A DNA stretch of 49,015 nucleotides from a virus (taxonomy: Duplodnaviria; Caudoviricetes), in the IMG/VR virus record IMGVR_UViG_3300034132_000016, positions 1 to 49,015 of that record. One strand, written 5' to 3'. The notes beneath the pieces are model-generated. The model had not been told where the DNA came from and did no database searches. It saw only the letters and a list, made by a program, of their open reading frames with translations. The position numbers and the translations under genes are program-made. Positions 10,031 to 19,302 of the stretch are shown here, piece by piece. How positions within the stretch are numbered: the first letter of the stretch is position 1; each line of letters begins with the position of its first letter.

Positions 10031-10540
10031 GTGAGGGAGTGGATTGTTAAACATCGGTGGTTTCTTATTATTTGGTTTTCGACGGCATTAAGTCTAGTGG
10101 GTGGTGCTGCCACCCTGCTATTCGATTGGATGGTGGGGTGGTTTATTGTCCTGATTGGAGCAGTCGCAGCGATCGCCATTGTTCGTAAGGAAATGGAGGT
10201 GTCCTGGATTGAACAGCAGTATCTCCGGGGGCAAGAAGAGATCTGGAATTTGAAGGTTCAGCACTTCGATTACTTGCTCTGCAACTCCCTGGAGAAGGCT
10301 GTCAACACTAAAAAAGGGTTCTGTCGCCTGTGTGGAGCAAAAGAAGCTGGACTAATAGAGGATGCCCTGGACTTCCGTTTTCATAAACAGGATTGTTTGG
10401 TTGGCATTCTTTATGCAGAAAGTAGGATTGCGGGTGAAGCAGGAAAAGAAATTGTGGTAAATCCAGCAGAAATATTACTTTGGGAAATTGAACAGAGAGT
10501 TAGAGGCTCGATTAATAATGAACACATTTTTGAAAATTGA
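10031..10540 (+). CDS. membrane protein with CxxC/H-C motif
   Basis: AGGAGG RBS; two N-terminal TM helices; CRLC..HKQDC. Confidence 0.65.
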   Translation: MREWIVKHRWFLIIWFSTALSLVGGAATLLFDWMVGWFIVLIGAVAAIAIVRKEMEVSWIEQQYLRGQEEIWNLKVQHFDYLLCNSLEKAVNTKKGFCRLCGAKEAGLIEDALDFRFHKQDCLVGILYAESRIAGEAGKEIVVNPAEILLWEIEQRVRGSINNEHIFEN

Positions 10541-10570
10541 GAATTTTTCAATATCAGCCTTCGGCATCTT

Positions 10571-11263
10571 GTGGAAATTACAAGAAAAAGTATCGGGGTA
10601 ATGGATGCAGGATTAAAACGTAGTGCTAGTGCTACTAATTTTACGAATAGTTCCAGACGTAGAACTTTAGTCTTGCTTGCTATAGCTCTGCTGCTAGTCA
10701 ACCATAAGCAGGCAACCAATATCGTTTCGAGTGGACTAAAGAAACTGCATTTAGGAGAGTCTGCTTTTACTGGATTTACGGCAAGACAAAAACTCCCTCC
10801 CAAAAAGGGAGAAATTATCGCAGGCTACACCGTTACATCCCCGTTTGGACCTCGCAATGTGGCTGATTGTCCTACCTGCTCCCGCGATCACATGGGAATC
10901 GACGTGGCTATGGACGTAGGAACTCCATTGCACACGATCGGAAAAGCAGGCACCTCAACAACTGTGAAATGCCTGCAAGATACCGGAGGGACCGGGGGAA
11001 CTTATTCTTCTCAGACCTCTCCTGACTTTCCAGGACTCTCGTTTGAATCATTGCACCTGAGTAAATGCAATCCTGGAGAGTATCCGGCTGGAACCGTATT
11101 TGGCTTTAGTGGATCTGCGGGAACAGGTCCACATTTGCATGCACAAATTCGTGATAGAAAAAGGATGAACAACGGCTATAACGGAAAATATCCCCCAGAA
11201 AGAGGATTTGTATATTGGGTAATTAAAGGAAAGGCTCCAACCTCGGACAATTTAACTGAGTGA
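10571..11263 (+). CDS. M23-family peptidase (peptidoglycan endopeptidase)
   Basis: TSPFGPR, HMGID (HxxxD), TGPHLH (HxH); N-terminal signal anchor. Confidence 0.88.
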   Translation: MEITRKSIGVMDAGLKRSASATNFTNSSRRRTLVLLAIALLLVNHKQATNIVSSGLKKLHLGESAFTGFTARQKLPPKKGEIIAGYTVTSPFGPRNVADCPTCSRDHMGIDVAMDVGTPLHTIGKAGTSTTVKCLQDTGGTGGTYSSQTSPDFPGLSFESLHLSKCNPGEYPAGTVFGFSGSAGTGPHLHAQIRDRKRMNNGYNGKYPPERGFVYWVIKGKAPTSDNLTE

Positions 11264-11264
11264 G

Positions 11265-11663
11265 CTAGTTCAAATCATTACTATTGGAATTGAAAGGAGT
11301 ATCACTAATATTCAAATTTAGAACTGCTGAAGCAAATGTCGAAATAGCCGCAATCTCGGTATACTGGTTTGACACGATCGCTATAGCCAGCAGACTAAGG
11401 AGGGTTGTTAGAGGTGATAGTCCGACAGTCTTAGCTTCTACTGCCAAAGCATTCAGGTCCATCACAAATCCTTCCGGGTGACGAATCGGAAAGTCTTTAA
11501 GCTTTGGTAAAGATTGCTCCATCTGTTGAAAAGCATCAATCGGAGTACAGGCATTCGCTGTCATCTCTAAAAGCTGCAAAACATATTCTCTATACCGCTG
11601 ATGAGTCTGAACATCTGTTTGGAGATCAAATTTAATTTGAAAACCATCGTCTGTGTTTGTCAT
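11265..11663 (-). CDS. hypothetical protein
   Basis: 132-aa ORF preceded by the 15-bp operator motif. Confidence 0.55.
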   Translation of the reverse strand: MTNTDDGFQIKFDLQTDVQTHQRYREYVLQLLEMTANACTPIDAFQQMEQSLPKLKDFPIRHPEGFVMDLNALAVEAKTVGLSPLTTLLSLLAIAIVSNQYTEIAAISTFASAVLNLNISDTPFNSNSNDLN

Positions 11664-11724
11664 AAAAACTCGCCTTTCTAAACATACTGATTGAAGTACT
11701 CATCAAAAAGAAACTAAACCTATT

Positions 11725-12300
11725 CTAATTCGAAACAGAATATTTCTCCCAGGAATTCCAGACGTTAATGATTTTGACACCTTTGCTAACTGCGTAGTCA
11801 ACGCAATACTTAGTCCCACTAGAAGGATTTCGAGGGTTGAGAAGGGCAATCAGGACATCTCCTATAGTTAACTGGTCCACCATATAACGGTTTCTCTGCG
11901 TCAGCTTGCGAGAGTTGTATTCACCCGGAGGGACAGGTAGATAGCGATCACCCTTAATGTCATATCGAGTAATCTGGTAATCCGACAAAGTATCAACGAT
12001 CACCACTTCTTTCGAGTAGGTTAGATTCTTTAGGTACAGATCTCTATCAGTACTATGCCATCGGCTCTCCTGCCCCTGGAAGGGCACACAAGCAATGTAA
12101 GGAAGTTTCAAGTACTGACATGCGTGAATGCAAGCTGTATCCCAACCGAGGGCACAACCACTGTAGGCAGTAATATCTTCAGGTTGAACTTTGTAAACTT
12201 CAACCGTTCTTCTAAGAGTTGCAACAGCCAAATTAGTAAGACGCTCAAAATTATAGCCAGGAAGGTTCTGAGGTCTAGGTCCAGTAAATGCAATCTTCAT
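11725..12300 (-). CDS. SLOG-superfamily protein (DUF1273/YspA-like)
   Basis: KIAFTGPRP, GCALGWD, RNRYMVD, SGTKYCVDYA motifs. Confidence 0.85.
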   Translation of the reverse strand: MKIAFTGPRPQNLPGYNFERLTNLAVATLRRTVEVYKVQPEDITAYSGCALGWDTACIHACQYLKLPYIACVPFQGQESRWHSTDRDLYLKNLTYSKEVVIVDTLSDYQITRYDIKGDRYLPVPPGEYNSRKLTQRNRYMVDQLTIGDVLIALLNPRNPSSGTKYCVDYAVSKGVKIINVWNSWEKYSVSN

Positions 12301-12365
12301 CGGTGAAGTTCTAGAAACTGCAATTGAAATATAGTGCAGAGAATTACCAGGATAAGAGAAAAAGT

Positions 12366-12399
12366 AAAAAACCTCCCATCCTCCGAAGAGGACAGGAGG
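12366..12399 (-). terminator. intrinsic terminator after ssb
   Basis: Hairpin with C(UUCG)G loop on the minus strand followed by a U-run. Confidence 0.7.
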
Positions 12400-12418
12400 C
12401 TAACTTCACGACCAGGAT

Positions 12419-12823
12419 TTAGTAGGGGAGAACATCAGCCTCAACAGTTTCAGCAGTTTCGACTTCATCAACAGGAGCTTCAACCGTTTCACCCTTGGGA
12501 GATGCCAAGAGTTCGAGGTTATTAACTTTGACAATCATCTTCGAACGATTGCCGCCAGTAGCTCTATCAACCCAACGCTCAGTTTCAAGCTCACCACTAA
12601 TCCCGATTTGCTTGCCCTTTTGGAGGTACTCTGCAAGATTAGCTGACTTGTGCCAGTACTTGCAGGGAACGCTGACTGGAGCAGGAACAACCGGATTACC
12701 GTTATTGTCAGTGTAGGGACGTTTGCTGATAACGAGAGTGAATTCACTCAAGATTGAACCAGACTCAAAAAACTTAGTTTCAGTTTGAGCATACAGACGA
12801 CCGATTGCAGTGTAGTTATTCAT
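12419..12823 (-). CDS. ssb: single-stranded DNA-binding protein
   Basis: GRL..., LAEYLQKGKQIGISGELETERW, acidic C-terminal tail. Confidence 0.93.
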   Translation of the reverse strand: MNNYTAIGRLYAQTETKFFESGSILSEFTLVISKRPYTDNNGNPVVPAPVSVPCKYWHKSANLAEYLQKGKQIGISGELETERWVDRATGGNRSKMIVKVNNLELLASPKGETVEAPVDEVETAETVEADVLPY

Positions 12824-13442
12824 GGGAAATCTCCATTAGGAAGTTAATCGAACACTTTTGAATCTTTGGAAAATTACCTTCTTCCGTTTTGATTCAAAGC
12901 AAAGCCCTAGAAACAGAACTTCCAGGGCTTAACTCAAAATCAATTGTGTGGATGATTAGAAGAGAACGTTTCCCACGGTGTAGACAGTCATTGCAAGCTT
13001 GAGAAAGATAACGCCTTTATGGAATGAATGCTTGTAAGTAGACAGGCAGGGGTGAAATTGAAAGAATAAACCTGACAAAATGACCAACTCTGGGAAATAG
13101 GGAGGAGCAGTCCAGAGAGCAAAGCTCTCGAAAATGATATTAATGAAAACCGAAGCAATACTATGAACAACATTAAAATCCGATTCAATAGCAAGGTTAA
13201 TCAGGTTTTTGGCGCAAGCGCCCCAGGCTTCATCAAAAATTGAGTGAACCAAAGAGAGAAGTGCAAGCATAATCGGTGTGAACTCTACACTTCTCTCTAT
13301 TTGGATAACTACCAAAGCGTAGCTTTAGAAATTGTTTTCCAAGGTTTTCAAGAATAATTCACCTAAACATTAATTAAAGTGGTTTTAATTCAATGTTTAA
13401 CTAGAAAACCTTATTTACCTCAAAAAACAATTTCTAGCTTCG

Positions 13443-13724
13443 CTAGAATTCGTAATCCATCGGGTATTCGGGGTAATCAATTTCTCGATCGCAGCAGTAG
13501 TATTCATCCTGAAAGAATTCATGTCGGACAAAGAGGAGAACTCTAGAAGCCTGAACCTGTTCGGCAGTCATCGGACCAACCAATGCAGGAGTGATGCGAG
13601 TATCGTAAATGTCTAAACGACTGTTCAGATCTTCGTACTGAAGGTAGTAGTCCATTAAAGACAAATCAACAACTTCAGTTTCAGTGCGGGTAACAGAATG
13701 CAGTGCCATGATGCAGAATCTCAA
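13443..13724 (-). CDS. hypothetical acidic protein
   Basis: 93-aa ORF downstream of a hairpin motif. Confidence 0.55.
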   Translation of the reverse strand: MRFCIMALHSVTRTETEVVDLSLMDYYLQYEDLNSRLDIYDTRITPALVGPMTAEQVQASRVLLFVRHEFFQDEYYCCDREIDYPEYPMDYEF

Positions 13725-13954
13725 ATCTACATCAATCGAATTGTCGAAGAACTACCTTCTGGAATTGCTAAAATTATCGGAAAAAAACAGCGAAGCTGTA
13801 GAAATAGATGTCAATGGAAAAAGCATGTCAACGTGAAAACCGAAAAAGAATCTGAAAATCACACTAACAACAGCTAGCAGTAATATCAGTTTTCATGCTT
13901 CGCAGGGGAGCAAAGATCCTGCGATCGCAAGAATCAATACTCCCCTTCTGGTAT

Positions 13955-14380
13955 TCAAAACTCTTGTTCTGCATAGTAGGCAATTGCCTTCGCAAGTCTG
14001 TCACCGTGACAAAGAACTTCCTTACCCTCTTCTTTGCAATGGCAAATAAAAGAGATTGGCTTCTTTGATCGGAACATTTCAACCAACTTAGCAATTTCAA
14101 GCAAAATCTGTTTTCTGGTTGGCTTTTTCCAGGTAGAAGCAATAATCAGATTTCTCTGTTCTGCAATTGCTTCTGCCACCACAACAGGTTCTTCTCCCTT
14201 CATTGTCTTGTACAAATAGAGAGCAAAGGCTTGAACTACAATTGCCCGTTGTGCCTCATCGTCCTTCTTAGGTAAATCAAAAGGATTACCGAGTAAAGAT
14301 CTGCGGTCAATCCAGATTTTGCTCTCAGGCACCAGAGAACTCAGATCAACAAGTTTCTTACTAACAACTAAAATAGTCAT
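13955..14380 (-). CDS. DUF4326-family protein
   Basis: IDRRSLLGNPF and CHC...CHGD motifs. Confidence 0.8.
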   Translation of the reverse strand: MTILVVSKKLVDLSSLVPESKIWIDRRSLLGNPFDLPKKDDEAQRAIVVQAFALYLYKTMKGEEPVVVAEAIAEQRNLIIASTWKKPTRKQILLEIAKLVEMFRSKKPISFICHCKEEGKEVLCHGDRLAKAIAYYAEQEF

Positions 14381-14441
14381 CTCTAAACCTCAAGCAGGTG
14401 GTGTGTTCAACATTTGATCAGTCTGAGAATTACCACAATAA

Positions 14442-14726
14442 TTATTGGCAAACAGCAGAGAGCTTCTTCTTCCGGGCATTCAGGGCTGCTCCCCTAAGAG
14501 GTTTACCGTTCTTGTCGAGGAGTCTTGAATCTACAGATTGAGCAGACTGAACAGACTGAGCAGGTTGAACTGATTGAGTTGGTTGAGCAGTGGAAATAAC
14601 GATCGTGGCAGCAGTCATTGTTTTAGCCGAAGTCTTGACGGATGCAACAGGCTTAGTCTGATGTTGAGAGGCAAAGGCTGAGAAAAAGCAGAAGTAGGTA
14701 ATGAAAAGAAGTACTGCAAAAATCAT
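14442..14726 (-). CDS. small membrane-anchored protein
   Basis: N-terminal TM segment, QSVQ repeats, AGGAG RBS. Confidence 0.6.
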   Translation of the reverse strand: MIFAVLLFITYFCFFSAFASQHQTKPVASVKTSAKTMTAATIVISTAQPTQSVQPAQSVQSAQSVDSRLLDKNGKPLRGAALNARKKKLSAVCQ

Positions 14727-14982
14727 AACAAATCTCCTATGAAGCGAGTAGAGGAATAAAGGGTGTAATCACCCAGAATAGGATGTCAATCTACTGAAGG
14801 TTCCACCTGACTTATGATTAAGAACTTCTCTTACTATTCCTAATCAATAACAGCTAGATCAGTCAGTGTTCTGTTTTTAGGCTGCGCCATGGACTTGAAG
14901 CGATGTCCAGTGAGATCTATGTTGAAAAACTACCCATAATGCAGGACACAGAATGTTGTTCCCATGTCCTGCAAGCAGTGAG

Positions 14983-15453
14983 TTATAGATGCACTACGGA
15001 TTTGCCTGCAATCACTTCAGAGAGAGCTTTCCGTAAATCTGCATCGGTGAAACTGTTAGAAACGCAGACAACAGCAGCAAGGTCAATGCCGACTTGAGTG
15101 TAGAGAGGTGAGAGTGAGAGCATTCTCTGTTTGTTGGCTTTGTCAGTGAGACTATCCAAGTTAACCGTAATATCGAGGGCAATTGTCCAACCCCGATAAG
15201 TAATAAGGCAATCAATCCCATAGATCCGGTCAAGCAGTTCAGACTGCGGAACATTCAGAAGGTCGTTGTTATACTCTCGGAGCAGATAAGGTGTTGCCTG
15301 TTCTACTCTTCTTTTGCCAACGGTAGATTGTTGAGCGATGCCAAGAAGGTCACAAGTAGGAAGAATGAATTTGGCTTTAATGCGCTTGAGGGAATCTTTA
15401 ATTCGGAACTCAGCAGCAGATCCAGTTAGATGATTAGAAGCTGTCGTAGTCAT
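14983..15453 (-). CDS. putative PD-(D/E)xK-like nuclease
   Basis: D..YGID...IALDIT pattern; start placed at MTTT (15453), downstream of the conserved leader motifs. Confidence 0.45.
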   Translation of the reverse strand: MTTTASNHLTGSAAEFRIKDSLKRIKAKFILPTCDLLGIAQQSTVGKRRVEQATPYLLREYNNDLLNVPQSELLDRIYGIDCLITYRGWTIALDITVNLDSLTDKANKQRMLSLSPLYTQVGIDLAAVVCVSNSFTDADLRKALSEVIAGKSVVHL

Positions 15454-15701
15454 TGTCGTCGGAAAAAGAAATAGCGAAGCTATAGAAATAGATCTCTCTG
15501 TTTCCGAAGTACCTCGAAGTGACAACGCTGATTATTCGTGTCAATTCAAGAATCTTTGATAACAGTAGAATCAAATCTCCAGTCTTCGTCTGAACAAAGA
15601 TTCTTTCTCCGTGAGGACTACCTCTCTACAATCGCCAATGCAAAATCCCTCTCAACCTACCCAAAGGCAGGGAGGGGGAAACAGCGTTGCATCAAAATCT
15701 C

Positions 15702-15920
15702 CTACTGTTCAACAATTTCATCAGACTCTATTTCGGCATCCAGCTTAAGCACAGGTTGAGCCTTGCTCTTGCGGTCTACATAGATGATGCCAAAAAACAT
15801 TGCAAGGGCTGTCAGAGCATTAAAGACAAACCCAAGGTGATTGACAAGCTGTTGCGCTCCAACCAGGCAGAGAATAGCAATTAGGATGTACTTAAGAATC
15901 TTCCAGGTTGTTCGGTTCAT
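15702..15920 (-). CDS. small membrane protein
   Basis: Two hydrophobic helices. Confidence 0.6.
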   Translation of the reverse strand: MNRTTWKILKYILIAILCLVGAQQLVNHLGFVFNALTALAMFFGIIYVDRKSKAQPVLKLDAEIESDEIVEQ

Positions 15921-15946
15921 ATCTCGACAATCTTTTCAATAATGGA

Positions 15947-16099
15947 TTAATGAGTTGATAGAGCCTGGACAACCATCCCGCCAACAAAAGTTGTAACATT
16001 ACAAGCTGCATACTGAGGAGAATCAATGCCGAACTTTCTTGCAGTGAGGAAACCGGAAACAAATGAGAAAATAATGAAAGCGTAGGTGTAAGTAAACAT
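15947..16099 (-). CDS. small hydrophobic protein (50 aa, below ORF-track cutoff)
   Basis: MFTYTYAFIIFSFVSG... with AAGGA RBS. Confidence 0.5.
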   Translation of the reverse strand: MFTYTYAFIIFSFVSGFLTARKFGIDSPQYAACNVTTFVGGMVVQALSTH

Positions 16100-16352
16100 G
16101 ACTGGCAATCCTTTCTAAGAGTAACTACACTCCTCCCATCAACAAAGTACTACCCTGTCTTCGGAAAAAAGAATAATATGTGTCACCTGGAGCTAGCGAT
16201 CGCATACAAAAACCCCTCCTCAACCCCGAAGAGAGCGAAGCTCTTGAATTTGAAGACATAGAGAACCAATGATCAATTTTGATAAACACTGGTTCTCTGT
16301 GATCTCGTTTCCACGCCTTCGGCAGGGAGGGATTACGAACAGAGTCAAAGTC

Positions 16353-16670
16353 TTAGAACAAATCATCCTCAGTCATGCAGAAGGCGAGATATTCAGGATT
16401 GGTTTCATCAAAGTCGGGATCTGCTTCAAGGAGCACATCCAGTCCAGTCAGATCAGCGTTAGACGTAAGTTGACAGGAGTCTCTGGGAAAAACAGGAGAA
16501 GAGTAGCCAAGACTATTGTGGACTGAACCAATAGTCCCAAACCACTCAGTTTCAATAGAGGTTTCAGGAAGAACTACGGTCGCTAGATCTAAATCCTCAA
16601 AAGCTGTGGAAGTGTTAAGGAAAATAACGAAGGTACTCATTGGAGTGATTCCTTTGAATCGTTTGTACAC
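16353..16670 (-). CDS. hypothetical acidic protein (likely start MSTFV)
   Basis: First leftward gene; N-terminus resembles that of 696..998. Confidence 0.55.
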   Translation of the reverse strand: MYKRFKGITPMSTFVIFLNTSTAFEDLDLATVVLPETSIETEWFGTIGSVHNSLGYSSPVFPRDSCQLTSNADLTGLDVLLEADPDFDETNPEYLAFCMTEDDLF

Positions 16671-17522
16671 CCCCTTTCAGGCAGCGTATTACCTGGGCGT
16701 AGCCCTAGAATTAGATGTCAGTGTTGTTGCTGTAATTTTCCTAATAAAACAAAAAGATAAACGACAAGAAAGAATATTTTTAGCATCTTGTTCCAGGCGC
16801 AAGCGCCTCCTTTGTATGCACAGCGATCGCAGGAAAGAATCCAGTTCTATCGATGCTCTTTACATAGAACCTCATAGAAAGACACAGCAACTAAAGTAAA
16901 ACCATGATAACTTTGGTGATTCTGTGACTACTTGTGATGCAATGCCGAAGGCATAGACATAGATAAACCTCCAACAGAATAAGCATCTTTGGTAATTCTG
17001 GTACTTGTGGTGACGCAGACCCCTCACTGCTACCCCAAGTCCACCACGAATAGTAATTACACGATGAATAGTAGGTCATCCAGGAAACCATGCGCAGCAT
17101 CCGTAAGGGAGGGCATCCCTGTCATCTGTGCAGGCTCAAGAGATGGGTGAGGATGAGTGAGCGATCGTAGCGACCTCGGAGTGTCAGCGAAGCAGTGAAG
17201 CTGAAAGGTCCATCGTTGTCATGTCATTGAAGCAGCCGGAACAGTGAAGGTCAGCAGCAGCCGATGAGAGATCGTAGCAACCCATCACACCTGTTACCTC
17301 GAAGTGTATGAAGGGCGATCGCCAGAAATCCCCTTTTCTTTTTTGTCCAGAACGAAAACGGAGTGAGTGGGTACGATGCATCTCATCTTTGCAACTCCCT
17401 AAATCCAAACTGATTTACCACCTTCTAAAAATTTCCGGGGAATCCCAGATTTGGATCAAAAACTCGGATTTAGTTCAAGTGTTCTGATTTTTTATGTATA
17501 GATATGTAAACATGGGGCGAAT

Positions 17523-18189
17523 GCTGAAAGCCTTACACGGATGATATTTCAGAAAAACAGGACTACCTCTTTTCACCAAACTGCATTAATCGATTTTATC
17601 AGTGTTAAGAGGAATTAAGTAAACTTCACCGTACAGCAGTTTGGTGAGAAAAGGTAGTTAATCGCTGAATATTCTCATAAGTAAGGATTCTGAAAACAGA
17701 AAAGACCGGAAGAATGAAGGGGTGACAACCGGATTGGGTGACAAGTAACACAAAGGAAGACAGGGAGTATTACAAAACGGTTTACATTCGGGGTCTTTGA
17801 GGTCTTTTTTCACCAAACTGCATTAATCTCCTTGTTTCTGGTTGAGCGAACGTTTGAAACATTGTCCCAGACAATATTTCGGCTGTTACTCAAGTTAAAA
17901 GTATGGCAAAAAGGTAGCTCGATGCAGCCAAGCGAACGGGAATTTTGGGGAAATCTGGTCAATTTCATGGTGATGGATGGCGAAGTTACAACGGCTGAAA
18001 CCCTTACGTATGAGAATGTTTGTGGAAATGGTGGTGTTTGACCCATATCCCTCACCCTATATATAACCTCACCAGAAATCCGCTTAATAAAACGCAATAG
18101 TAGGGGAGGTTATATATCTCTATATCTAACTAACTAGAAAAACATCACAATATCCACAAGTATTCTCATGGGTAAGGGTTTCAGCCGTT
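17523..18189. repeat. two nested inverted-repeat units plus a 22-bp direct repeat in the non-coding region between divergent gene blocks
   Basis: IR 17562-17584/17636-17658; IR 17990-18026/18153-18189; inner IR 18059-18070/18106-18117; DR 17570-17591/17807-17828. Confidence 0.8.
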
Positions 18190-18370
18190 AGGGGTTCCTA
18201 AATATCGTCAAATAGGAGGTTTCAAACCCTAATCAGGAGAGTCGAGCGAACGGAAGTTGGGATAACGAGTATTTATAGCTAGGAATATTTCTTTTTCCGA
18301 CGACTCCTACGGCTGTTTCAATGCGATGGGGTATGGGCAATAATGGTGATTGAAGTATTCATGACGCTGT

Positions 18371-19249
18371 ATGCCTTACGGTCCTCCTTATGCTGAGAAC
18401 TACGAGGGAGTTATCCAGGCGCTAATCGATAAGTTTGGTTTGGTGGCTGTGCCCATGTTTGGACCCCCTTACGACCACTCCTTCAGAGGTATTATTCAGG
18501 CGATTCAAGACCTGAATAGTGGGGGTGGAGGTAGTGGAGGAAGCGGAACCGTCACTTCTATTAACTTGACTGCTCCGGGGGGACTGTTTGACGTTGCAGG
18601 GGTTCCAATCACTATTGCAGGAACAATCGTTTTAACGCTTGATTTACAGCCAGCTAACACTTTTTTTGCTGGTCCTGCTGCTGGTGCCCTGGATACTCCT
18701 GTATTCAGAGCCTTAGTGCCCCTGGACATCCCCGATCTTGATGCCAGCATTATCACGACCGGATTGATTAATCCGGTTGTTTTGGGGCTAGGAGTAGCCA
18801 ATGCGACGACATTTTTGCGGGGAGATGGTCAATGGGCTGTCCCTCCTTCAAGTGGAGGTAGTGGAGGGTTAACCTGGCAGACAACAGCGGCAAACGAGTC
18901 TGGGATAGCTGGCAATGGATATATTGCTACTGGAATTTCCAGAGTGTTCATTCTTCTTCCGGCTGCTCCTGCTATTGGTGATGAGATTGCTGTTTATGCT
19001 GGAACTTCGGCTGGATGGCAGATTGCTCAAAATCCTGGGCAATCAATCAGGTTCCAGAACCTTTCCAGTGTTGTTGGGGTTACTGGTTACTTGAGATCTA
19101 ATGGATTTGGGGATGCTGCCTGGTTGGTCTATCTTGGCAATGATGTTTGGGGAGTGATTAATCATGAAGGAACTCTAGCAGTAGGGACTGCTCCAGGAAT
19201 GGGCTTTCCGATCTACTACACTCTTGGGATTCGAGGCTTTACAGGTTAA
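18371..19249 (+). CDS. tail fibre/virion structural protein
   Basis: GGGSG linkers, GTVTSI, TFLRGDGQW and LPAAPAIGD fibre-type motifs; duplicated GPPY..GxIQA N-terminal repeat. Confidence 0.7.
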   Translation: MPYGPPYAENYEGVIQALIDKFGLVAVPMFGPPYDHSFRGIIQAIQDLNSGGGGSGGSGTVTSINLTAPGGLFDVAGVPITIAGTIVLTLDLQPANTFFAGPAAGALDTPVFRALVPLDIPDLDASIITTGLINPVVLGLGVANATTFLRGDGQWAVPPSSGGSGGLTWQTTAANESGIAGNGYIATGISRVFILLPAAPAIGDEIAVYAGTSAGWQIAQNPGQSIRFQNLSSVVGVTGYLRSNGFGDAAWLVYLGNDVWGVINHEGTLAVGTAPGMGFPIYYTLGIRGFTG

Positions 19250-19302
19250 ACTACGGTTAGGTGTAGCGATCGACGGATGATAAATTTTTCCCGTAGACGC
19301 TA

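Larger units (their letters stand above)
13314..16720 (-). promoter_or_regulatory. repeated hairpin-containing motif GCGNAGC-N2-TWGAAWTWG upstream of leftward genes
   Basis: Copies at 13314, 13787, 15471, 16232, 16695 with compensatory stem changes. Confidence 0.65.

Noticed and set aside
10421-10435. SRIAG in the 10031..10540 membrane protein as a GRIAG-family member
   Set aside because: Inexact, internal and outside the structural block; probably chance.
12956-13315. 119-aa and 68-aa minus-strand ORFs
   Set aside because: No recognisable motif and two competing frames; could not decide which, if either, is real.
13809-14789. TTGACA boxes on the minus strand as sigma70 promoters
   Set aside because: No acceptable -10 element at 16-18 bp spacing.
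3184-16806. GGCGC-AA-GCGCC palindromes at 3184, 13211 and 16795
   Set aside because: Only three copies with no consistent position relative to genes; no function inferable.
16891-18097. Short ORFs in the central region
   Set aside because: No RBS or protein-like composition; they overlap the repeat structures.
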